Part shown: positions 49,470 to 60,745 of the stretch, in pieces | Position numbering within the stretch: position 1 is the stretch's first letter | Layout of the letters: the number at the start of each line of letters is the position of its first letter | DNA from: Octopus sinensis | Lineage: Eukaryota | Direction of reading: 5' to 3' | Assembly: GCF_006345805.1 (NCBI RefSeq) | Contig: NC_043001.1 | Location: forward strand, 134,788,001-134,852,000 | Length of the DNA stretch: 64,000 bases | Made by a program: the position numbers and the translations under genes | The notes under the pieces: generated by a model | Databases searched by the model: none | Told to the model about the DNA's origin: nothing | What the model saw: only the letters and a program-made list of their open reading frames with translations

Positions 49470-50333
49470 GTAAAACAATAACTAAATTAGATAATGCAAA
49501 GAGAAGACAACAAACTTCCAATGAAGAAAGATGGCAAAAAACTGCATCTAAACATTAATTTAAACAAATAACGCTATTTTGAAACACATTTACATGCAGC
49601 AGTAGCAAATAAGGCTGTTCTTACTAACTACACTTTTCATACAGTTTGTAGAAAAAAAAACCATAGTTGCAGCACAAGTATAGCTGTAGACATAACTTTT
49701 GAGTCAACTACTCACACTCACACACAGACATACTGATGCATGCACACGCATACACAGAGAAACTAGTACACACATACACACATATCTGCAGATGTTGAAG
49801 GTTGTAACAAACACACTTTCTCCCCACCCAACATTAATTTTTTTTTTTCAATTTTTATTTTTTCGCACACTTGGAAAAAAACCCCCTCCAAAATACAACA
49901 AAAACCAACAAAACAAAAACAGTATGAAAGTTAATGATTAAATAAATAAAAGTATTTAGTTATGGATGATTACTGTTGGGTATTTTAATCATTGATGTGA
50001 ATTCTAGTTTTGGTTTGAAGCAAGTTATTTTGTTCACCTTTTTTGGGTAAATTTTAAATTTAAATAAATGTTTTTTTTTTAATGGCACTGAAGCATCTGT
50101 TAACAATAGTTTATCACTGTTGTTTGCAATAGTATTCAGCAGCTGGCAAGGGGATCAAGCTAAGCCCCATATTTGATGAACCAGTGCAGCTCAGAAATAC
50201 ATACAAAAAGGGTAGTTAAGGAGAGTTATAATCTCCGTAGTTTCATTGGTGTTTTTATCATTTTTCTCCTCACAGCCACTGAGAGGAAAGAAAAAGAAAA
50301 CCCCAAAAAACAACCTCAATTTTTTTTGCCGAG

Positions 50334-50541
50334 TTACACAAACGTAGACATGGCAGATGGTGCAGCAGTCTCCGTTGCTTCCTTCTTGTCCTGGGTGCCA
50401 TACTGTCCAATGAAGGAGCCATCTTCATTGAATTTACTAGGATCAACGTCTCCATAGTCTCCTAAGCTATCGGAATCACTTATTCCACTGGTTTTGTCTC
50501 CATTCACTAAGGCTCCAGGTTTACCAATTCCATTTTCATCA
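50334..50541 (-). CDS. Nrg: Neuroglian/L1CAM-family terminal coding exon (ankyrin-binding FIGQY; PDZ-type C-terminus)
   Basis: Acceptor tgtttcAG at 50542-50543. Translates (N)DENGIGKPGALVNGDKTSGISDSDSLGDYGDVDPSKFNEDGSFIGQYGTQDKKEATETAAPSAMSTFV*. DSLxDY..FNEDGSFIGQY is the L1-family hallmark. Confidence 0.95.
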
Positions 50542-51082
50542 CTGAAACATCAAAGAATTAAATGGTTATTGAAATAAAGGTACAGATTTAGAACAAACTG
50601 AGATTATTTAAGGGAAAAACATTATGTTCCATAAAACCATTTGCAATTGTAAATCTATGTTTTACAGGCTAAACAGAACCATCTGCTGTTTGCATTAGAC
50701 TAATGAAAGCCAGCTATTGTAGTAAAAATACGAATAAAAATTTATAAACAAAGAAATACACGGAAAAAGTAATTAGTTTAAAAAGAAATATATGACATTA
50801 GCTAGTGAAATAATGTAACTATTTTTTCACCAAGTAAGAAAAACAAAAAAGAAACAAACTCATAGTAATGAAAAAATGTAATGATAAATGTAAAATTATT
50901 TTTAATAAATAAAAATGTAGTTTCCAAAATTTCTTCAAGAGAATCAGAAAACAAATTAAGGAACACAGTATTAAAACAGCAATATCTAATATTAAATCAA
51001 TACTAAAATCTGGAGTATTGTTTTTATTCTAAAACAATTATTATACTAATAAGATGATGTTAACAGAAATAAATATGAATAT

Positions 51083-52160
51083 CACTACCCAACAGGTATT
51101 TTGTTGTCAGGACATTTTAATCTGATTTGCAGGTTTTTTGAAATGCTGAATCCCAAAACGGAACCATGTTTTACCATCATGTCTAGATTTCAAGATATCC
51201 AAACTGCAGCAATTATCGGTGGGTGATAAGCATGAACTTTTAAATGCTCAATTTTCTTCTGGGGAAACAAAGTAGATACACCAAATATCCATGCTTTTTA
51301 TGTATGTGGGACAGAAAAACATTGGGCTGATCAAAGAATGGGTGCAGCGAACATTAGTTCCAAGGTGTTTTAATGTGGCTAAAGAACCTTTCGTTCAACT
51401 AGGAAAAAAACCCCATCCTACCTCCACTCCATATGAAACTGGGCATAATGAAGCAGTTTGTTAAAGATCTGGATACAAAAGGACGATACTTTCACTATAT
51501 CTGCAGTACATTTCCCAGTCTGGGCAGTGAAAAGATAAAGCTGGCCTCAAATCAGAAAATAGATGACAGATGGGAACTTTGTAAATTCAATGAATTGTAT
51601 AGAAGCAGCTGCATGGAATCCATTTGTAATAGGGCAACAATAAAGCAGCCAACTACGCCAAAATAGTCAACAACAAGCTGTAAGCCTCAGTAACACAAGT
51701 GATGAGCCAGGAGAACATTTCCATCAGGACATAAAATCAATGGAACAAAGGTATTGTGGCAAACTGACTTGCATGTGATGGCAGGCTATTGCTGGAACTT
51801 GGCTTATAATCTTCCTAAGGTCAAGAAAAATTATCCAAATCCAAATTCATGGGAATTAAAATGATGTAATTTGTCTGTAAAAATTTTAAGATTTTTACTA
51901 GTTTTTCAATAGAATCTTAAGAGAGCATTCTGGTTTTGAAGAAAATACAATTTCCTCTATGTATATGTGTTATACCATGTTTTTCATAAGCTGTTTTATT
52001 GAAAAAACAATGAAATTCTATGGATCAGGTATCTTAAAATCTTGACGTGATGGTAATAGACTGATCCTCATCTTTTTTCTTTCCATATAGGAAGCCATAT
52101 ACTCACCTCTTCAGTAAAAATGTTGCACCTATCCTATCATACCAAAACTTTTTGGAAGGC
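51083..52160 (+). mobile_element. Internally deleted Chapaev3 relic in a neuroglian intron
   Basis: PPLHMKLGIMKQFVKDLD..FPSLGSEKIK (51415-51540) and DEPGEHFHQDIKSMEQRY-like (51700-51755), homologous to 18570-19410; CAC start at 51083. Confidence 0.65.
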
Positions 52161-52384
52161 CAAAAAGTTTACCCATTATAACAAATACTTCATCCTTATT
52201 GACATTATTATTAGTTGTGACCAGCCATTAGGTAAAACTCAAGCAATTGTTCCTTTTAGATATAATAAATACTCACACACAACAGATTTCTACACTCTTC
52301 AAGGCATTACGCACACACACATTTATATATGCACATACAAAATATTCCTGTTATATCCATTTTATTTATTTATTTTTTGCTTAA

Positions 52385-52617
52385 CCCTTTACCTGTCCTG
52401 CATATCTTAAATGAAACACAAGACATATTTCCTTGGCATACACGTGTCATATGTGACACATATTCTCAGTTTTTTTCAGTCACCAGAGTAACTTGAGACT
52501 TAGAAAAGGAAAGGTTTAAATTCCTCAGAACATAAGAAATAAAGTCTAACTAAAATTCTGAAAAGAAGCTTGAACATTTGGGACAAACTTATGAAAATGC
52601 TTTGGATAGGCAAAGGG
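52385..52617. mobile_element. Degenerate piggyBac-type MITE
   Basis: TTAA|CCCTTTTACCTGTCC...GGATAGGCAAAGGG|CTAA. Confidence 0.45.
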
Positions 52618-54134
52618 CTAATACAGTAATGGAAGTTTATAATTTATCGGAAAGAAGTTGTTACTACAAGGAATTGAGTCTAAACTACAGCTGTCACTTT
52701 CCAACAAAGTGTAATGACTTGGCACAAAATGGATAATTATAAAATAATTAAAAAATGATAAATTAAAAAGAAACAGTTTAAATAAATAGGAAGAAGACAA
52801 ACATTTAAAATCTGTGCACAGTGAAACATTGAAGATTGGAATGAAGGTGGAAAAAGGTGAAATTTAAAATGCTATTATTGTTGTCCCACAAAGTTGAAGA
52901 AGAGATAAATATTTTCAGCAGTGTACTTAAGTGCAAATGTAATTATAACCGATGATTAGACCAATGATGAGATATGCTTGAAATAGCAGCTACATCTCAT
53001 TCAAATTAACCGTACCGTCTTATAATAAGGACTCATTGGACAGTGTAGTCAGGGATATACTATAGCTGCAAAATAAATAAAAGATGTGGTGATGATGGTT
53101 GGAATGAGTTTGATCATAGCGTTGCTTGATCATGACTGACTTGGGACCAAACAACAATAACAACTTAGAGAGTTAAAAGGAAAAAGCAGTAGCGCACATA
53201 TTGATATTTAAGTTTAAATTAAAATATAAATATAACAAAAGCAGCCATAAAAAAAACAAACAAACTAGAGACAACATATTTTACATTTGCTATATAATAT
53301 AAATGAACGTTATTGGTGGTGGTGGTGATGGCAGTGAAGTGATACTGATAATGATGGTGATGATAGTGGTATTGGTAGTAGTGTCTATGCCAGCAGTGGT
53401 GACAATGATTGGTGGTGGAGCTGGTGGTAGTGATGATGGTGGTAGTGATGAATAACAACAACAACAGTTAACTTAATACTAAATTCCTGTTTTTTAAAAA
53501 TGAACTAAAAAGTGTAGTATGGCTGAAAATGGTGTGTCATGCATAGAATAAAGTAAGGTGACGTAAGGTCGCGATGGACTTACAAAAACTAAAGAGGAGA
53601 GAAAATGGAGAAGCAAGTGCTTAATATAGATTTTACCTTTTTTTTCTGTAAAGCATTGAAGGAAAAGAAAGAAGGAACATGATGACAAAAGAAAACACTG
53701 AATGTCTGTTGATGTGAATACTCTACCAGTCAAATAATAAATCACATCTTTTTTTAAGGATATAATTAACAAAGCAAATATTTAACCCAAAGGGAAGAAA
53801 TACACATGTGAGGTTTGTAATTTATTTATTCTATGATAAATATTTGAATATTATTTACTGATTAACATTGTAGAGAATAAACACTGCAATTCTATATATT
53901 TTCTCAAATAAGCATAATACAAGAAATACATATGGTAATATAAGATATAACATGATAAAGTATTAGGTAGATAAATGTTTCATTTTAACGACAGCAGCTC
54001 AAGATTTTAGTGTTTTTATTATAGAGCTGGGAGTTAAAGTTTTTCTTTAAGTAACAATAGTTTGCTACATTGATAAGAGTAAAGGCCTTTTCAGATTTGT
54101 GGGAGGGAAAGAAAAATATATTGTTTAACAACAT

Positions 54135-54392
54135 AGGCACCCCTAATATTCACCTTACAAAAATACATACCAGTAATATTGGCTTAAATAAAATAGATGC
54201 TTGTAATATTAGGTCTAATAAAATAGGTACCTGTGATATTAGTCTTACATAAATATATATCTATAAGAATGGCCTTAATAAAATAGATACCTGTAATATT
54301 AGTTTTAATAAAATAGGTAGCTGTAATATAGGCCTTAATAAAATAAGTCCCTGTTATAATGGTCTTAATAAAAGAGATACCTGTAATATTAG
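54135..54392. repeat. 30-bp minisatellite (CCTGTAATATTAGG.CTTAATAAAATAG.TA)
   Basis: About 8 degenerate tandem units in a neuroglian intron. Confidence 0.8.
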
Positions 54393-54574
54393 GGGCAGAT
54401 TCAATCAGCTGTAATCCTCCCTTACAAAATTGACATTGTACTTTGTACAAGAACAAAAATATTTAAATATCATTTTCTTGCTATTTGTGGATTGATGAGA
54501 TTATTAAAGAAGAACTGTGTCACTGGAGAATATTTATAAAAGTTATCAGAGAAGATATCTAGTTTGTGACTTAC

Positions 54575-54644
54575 TTTTTACTGTCATTGGGGTGGTCATC
54601 AGTACTGTACGGGTCATGGCCTCGTAGTCTTTCTTCTTCTTGCA
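54575..54644 (-). CDS. Nrg: Neuroglian-like cytoplasmic exon
   Basis: ttttccttttcAG|..|GTAAGT; (V)QEEERLRGHDPYSTDDHPNDSK(N); phases join the TM exon (phase 1) and the terminal exon (phase 2). Confidence 0.88.
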
Positions 54645-55726
54645 CTGAAAAGGAAAATACATTTTTAAATATGACAGACATATACATCATTTCAGACTAT
54701 AATATTTTTAAAACACCCATAAATATATGTTCTGGTTTAATCTCTCAGAACCAGAGCACAGTGATGATGATGATGATGATGATGCCTAAGATGATAATGA
54801 CGGCAACACAGTATGGTAAACTATTGTACAGATATTTTACTAATAACAAAAATTGCTTAACTAATTCTCTTTACGATGGCTAAAGCTATAACAATTCAGT
54901 TTACTTAGAAACACATGTCCATAATATTAACATTTCTATCAAGTAATTAAATCTTCCTCTTCACAACTCAAAATGATATCCTTAATGAATTACTAAATGT
55001 AAGTTAGTCTACAACATCATGGGTTGGATAGGTCTGTTTTATTGTTTTTAACCATCAATCTATTATTTGTCATTCTTCAATAACCTATAATCTCTCAAAT
55101 AGCCACCCCTTGTCTTATTTACATTATCAATTTACATAGAGTTCACATTGATTAACTAACACAATGGTTATATAGAATAATGAATTATTATCCTTAATTA
55201 CAAGTATTTATAAAACAAGAATCCGATGAAATTTGGTTGATTTGTTTAATTTTATTTTATGATCATTTATAGATAACTTCTAACATCAAATCTGTTGTTG
55301 AACAAATTTCTCTCGTTATTTTTGCTAATATATCAATTTACATCTCACAAGACTAAGCATTGTTACCTGTTCATAATACTTTGTATCAAACAACACAAAC
55401 ATATCTTCATTCTCTTAACTTCATTTTGGAATAGCAGTAGTAGTAGTAGCAGTAGTAGTAGTAGTAGTATTCATCATTATTTAATGCCCACTTTCCATCC
55501 TGGAATGGGTTGGAATGTGTTATCTATTTTTTCTACTGCTTAAAATTTATAGAATTCTGAGTAAACTTCTAAATGAATTAAACATTTCAACCAAAATTAA
55601 CAAAATCTCAGAATTGGTTTTCCCAATATATTGAAAATGATACTGAGATACTTAAAGTATTCATGAGGTGCTTACTTCTTTAGAAAAAAAGACGTCTTAA
55701 GAATAAACCAATAAAATATGACTTAC

Positions 55727-55852
55727 CATCATATTTGGCTTCATGGTTTCTCTTGGCAATACACACAATGATCAGAATGAGGATGAGAAGAGCAATTGCC
55801 ACCATCATGGCAATAAACCAGGTAGCAGAAGTTAGATCTTGAGTAGCTGTGC
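55727..55852 (-). CDS. Nrg: Neuroglian-like transmembrane exon
   Basis: tttaAG|..|GTAAGT; (G)TATQDLTSATWFIAMMVAIALLILILIIVCIAKRNHEAKYD, the L1-type WFI..AIALLILI..C..KR..KY segment. Confidence 0.95.
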
Positions 55853-57065
55853 CTTAAAGTACACATGAACATAAAATTAGTGTTACATTTTGCATTTAAA
55901 AGCTATTTAGAATAGATAAAAGGTTGGTCACAAGTGAGACTCAGCTCACAAGTGAATCCCTGATGGAATGAGGAGGAGGAGGAACATTGGAATATTTTTA
56001 TATGTGATATATGATACACACGCACACACATGTGTGTGTGAGCAATGGACATAGGAAAACAATGAAAAATAGAAAATGGACCATTACAAAAAGAAGTTGC
56101 TGATATCTGTAGTAGATAAATATTTATTTACTAAGGCCATGCATTTTGAGGCATGTATTTTAATAGGCAATTAAATCAGCCCAGTTATTTGTATCCATCC
56201 AAGAAGAATGGCAGTATTTGAATTCAAATAGAGATGAAAATAAACACCAGTATGTATGTCTAACGCTACTCTACACTGAGCTTCACTGACATAATACAGT
56301 CATACTTGTTTAACCAAGTTTAGAAGGATCAAGAAAGTGAGTTAATGAGAACAGGGTTATTTGAGATAATTTGGCTTTTTTAAAATTTATTAATTATTCA
56401 TTAATAAAATTCATGTGTTTAACTTTTTGTCCCTTTAATATACTTATGTCAGAGATGCAATTAGTTACCACAATATTTCTAATATTTCTTCACAGAATTT
56501 GTAATCTATATTCCTGAAATTGTCTTTATCTAACACTGATGGAAGAGACTGAATACAAGCCAACAGCAATGTGGTTTTCTACCTGCTAGAAATAGCAACT
56601 AAAATATCCTTTGAATTACACTATCATTTCTGAAGAGAGAGACATACATTGGTTAATGTATTCTGACAGAGTGGTCAGAGTTGGAATGCCTTAATCATCA
56701 AGTGTCTAGTTAGAATGACTTCTATAAATTTGTTTCTCAATGGTACAAACAGAATCATATCATTTTAACAATCATCTTATGTTTCCTTACCGGGTGTCTC
56801 TTGTACTTCAGTCAAAATTTCTTTTAAAACTATTTAGTGTTTCACCTGTTTATACTTTAATATAATAATTAGTATTAATGAATGTAAAAATTTCCTCTCC
56901 AAATAACATTGGTCCCAAACATTTGACATCACTTTAGCTTTAAAACAAAATAGTTTATTCCATTTTGTAAATCATTTGTCAATGCAAAGAAGTTCTTGAT
57001 TTCTTGAATTCAGCCGTTTCCTTTATGTATAGCATACCTCTCTTAACCTATGTAATAGCTAATAA

Positions 57066-57446
57066 GAGGTGCAATGGTCCAGTGGTTAGGACAGCGGACT
57101 CGCGGTCGTAGGATCGCGGTTTCGATTTCCAGACCGGGCGTTGTGAGTGTTTATTGAGCGAAAACACCTAAAGCTCCACGAGGCTCCAGCAGAGGATGGT
57201 GGTGATCCCAGCTGTACTCTTTCACCACAACTTTCTCTCACTCTTACTTCCTGTTTCTGTTGTACCTGTATTTTTCAAAGGGCCGGCCTTGTCACTCTGT
57301 GTCACGCTGAATATCCCCGAGAACTACGTTAAGGGTACACGTGTCTGTGGGGTGCTCGGCCACTTACACGTTAATTTCACGAGCAGGCTGTTCCGTTGAT
57401 CGGATCAACCGGAACCCTCGTCGTCGTAACCGACGGAGTGCTTCCT
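57066..57446 (+). mobile_element. SINE family A
   Basis: Full copy; TSD taatagctaataag. Confidence 0.9.
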
Positions 57447-60363
57447 ATTCCTCCTAATAGCTAATAAGCAAGAAACCTTCTGATTATGCCTAAAGGATTA
57501 GTCTGCAAGAAGATAAAATCTAATGTTTGTTGTAAGTGATGCCTTATTTATCCACTGTCTGGGATTACTTTCTACTGTCATACAAAATGTACACACTTAG
57601 TCTCCTACAACTAAAGTAAAATACTGTATTGGATATAAACAGTGACAATGGAATAGGTCTGGGCTCTTTGCTTCCTGTTCAGCACAATTTGTATCATTGG
57701 ATGGTAGCTATAAACAGCTTTGAGGAACATCTCTTGCCCCTGGGTCTTTCATATGCAGCAGGCCTGCAAACATTATTGAACATTAGTATACAGAGTCTAG
57801 TTTTAATAAATAACATGAATGAAAACACAAGGTTTATAAAAACATGCTGATGATTGAGATGATAGATGAAAAAATGCAATAGAGACAGTCAGGCATGTGA
57901 AAGGAAAAGAGACAGTTTGAGATAAAACTAGTTTATAGGAGCCATAGGCTTTCTAAGATACATCATTCAATTATTATAGCTAGGTATTTACTATCATGCT
58001 TAGATGATGACCGATTATCTTAAGATCTGTATATCAATATAAAAATTAAAAGACAATAGGATGAATTGGGAGATGCAGAAATGAAAAGACATAAGTTGAA
58101 TAGGAAATATTGATTTAATCATGTTTTTACATGATCAGATAATGATGCTGGGATAATGTAGATGTTTTAAAACAATAGAAAAGAACAGAAAGAATGGAAA
58201 ATGGGGTGAAAATAGAACCAAACCATGTATCTATATGCAATGGGTAAGACAGAATCAGAAATTATAGTCAAAGAAGGTAACAGAAAAATTGAAATTAGTT
58301 CATATTTATGCATATGAAGTGTAGGTAAAAATATGAAAGTATGAAGATAGTCTTTGAGAACTGTATAAAAAAACTAAGTTCATTAGAAGTACTGAAGTTG
58401 ATGGATTATTGTATTTAGGGTGTGAGTGTATAATTAGAAAATGTTAATGAGCTTATGAATGGAATCATTTAATCAGCAAGAATCTTCAACTTTTTAAAGC
58501 TAATAGACCCAATGAATGTAACTATTTCTAAATGTGCCATCTCCTGAGATGGTGCATTAATTTCGTCTATTTATATTTAAAAGTATTAAAATTCTTGAAA
58601 ATCAATGATATTCAAACTTGGCAATAAGGTAAACTAATGGCTTTGAGCTTTTCATTCATTTTTGCCGAAGGGCAGGGTGACTAACTTTTGATGTCTGTTT
58701 TGGTGAAATTCCATAAAATGATTCTATTCCCAATGATAGCCAGGGTTAATCCTTGATTATGAGGCAACAACTGATTATGGAAAATGTAATGGGCAGTGGA
58801 AAAGGATTGTGGCTATTATCTGCCACAGCAGTTAAATGATGATGATGATGATGATAGTGATGATGAATCCAAAATTTAAAAGTAGTTAAAAAGGTAGAAA
58901 CATAATGGAAATAGTATCAGATGTAAGAAGAAAAGGAATTTACTTTAGTTATATACAGTTAAAAATATCATCACATTCCAAAATAAATAATTAAACATTA
59001 AATTTATCCAATGACAATATTAAATTGGTCATTTTTACATTAACAAATTACAAGTTATAAATAATTCTTGGAATAAAGTGTTAACCAAAATACAAAATAT
59101 TTTCTGTATTATAACAATGATTAGTTTAAAATAGGCTGCTATAAAAGTTATGAAGGTTAGTATTTTAGTATTTTTAGACTAATTTTGCCTTCAGTATGTT
59201 AGTAGAAAAAAAACTCCATGTGTTTAATAGGTTATTACTACAAGTTAATAAACAACACCAATATTTTAGTTCTCTCAGTTTTTTTTATATAAGTTTGTTT
59301 TTACATGTACAATTTGTGTTTTGAAGAGAAAAAAAACAATTTAGTAAGTGGATAGAATTTTTTAAGGATAGAATGGATGAGGAGAGTACAATTCTTATTT
59401 CTTGTAGGACCTCAATGGTTAAAATATTTTTTGGCTTTGAGGAAGCAGCATATATTTTGGATAAATTTGAGAAATTGCCCAGGGATGCTGAGTTAAGTTA
59501 GTGTTAACATATTTGATCCACTGAGCATCAAACAGTTAATAAAAAAAATGCAGTGAAGAAACAATAGCTTTAGTTCAATAACTAAAATTATTTTAATCAC
59601 TTCTTATCCACTTGATTAAAATAATGTTAGTCATTGAAGTAAGGTTGTCTTTTCTTCAACACATAATTTTTTCTTATTAGATTTTTGATGTCCTCTTGAC
59701 ATAGTTTGTATAAAGCTAAAAATATGAAGGATTCAGAAGAAATCATCGAAGACGATAAATTGTATTACATTGTGTACAATTATTTTATGTTGGTGGATGA
59801 AAATGAAGACATATACAGTTCTCTGCTTAAGTAGGGTAACATGCATTTTGAAGTTATTCACTAATAAGATGGAAATTCTAATAAATAGAAAATGAAGATC
59901 AGTTGGTACTGAATAGATGAGCAGGCCATGAGAATAACATATGGTATTGATAACATGTTAAGGTATTGGTATAGAGTATATAAGGAGGATAAAAGAAATT
60001 CTTTGATGAAAATAAAGTACATAAGGAAGATGAAAGGAATTCTTAATGAAAATAGAGTACCTAAGAAGGATGACGGTAATTTGTTAATGAACAGAAAGTT
60101 AAAGTTATAACATTGATACTCTTCCTCCCTAACTACTAATTTATGGCCATTGTCACACTATTGTTTAATAGCAGAGATATTGTTATACAATGTTTATAAT
60201 ATAGTTTCTTCTATAATCAAAATAATGAATGGACTTACATCTACTTTTGTTAATGGAATGATCTGGAGTAAGGGATTATGCTTATAGCCTTCTTAGCTCC
60301 TTGGAGACTAATGATGTTGACATGGCTGATGTTTCAGTTATCACAATTTCTATTCTTAAAACT

Positions 60364-60745
60364 GGAGGCGCAATGGCCCAGTGGTTAGGGCAGCGGACTC
60401 GCGGTCATAGGATCGCGGTTTCGATTCCCAGACCGGGCGTTGTGAGTGTTTATTGAGCGAAAACACCTAAAGCTCCATGAGGCTCCGGCAGGGGATGGTG
60501 GTGATCCCTGCTGTACTCTTTCACCACAACTTTCTCTCACTCTTACTTCCTGTTTCTGTTGTACCTGTATTTCAAAGGGCCGGCCTTGTCACTCTCTGTG
60601 TCACGCTGAATATCCCCGAGAACTACGTTAAGGGTACACGTGTCTGTGGAGTGCTCAGCCACTTACACGTTAATTTCACGAGCAGGCTGTTCCGTTGATT
60701 CGGATCAACCGGAACCCTCATCGTCGTAACCGACGGAGTGCTTCC
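60364..60745 (+). mobile_element. SINE family A
   Basis: Full copy; TSD attcttaaaactgg. Confidence 0.9.

Noticed and set aside
50173-50457. Plus-strand 94-aa ORF and minus-strand ORF 50270-50455
   Set aside because: Antisense and wrong-frame shadows of the real FIGQY exon.
54184-54456. 90-aa ORF with a 10-aa repeat (ITGTYFIK..)
   Set aside because: Product of a 30-bp intronic minisatellite; no splice signals linking it to neuroglian.
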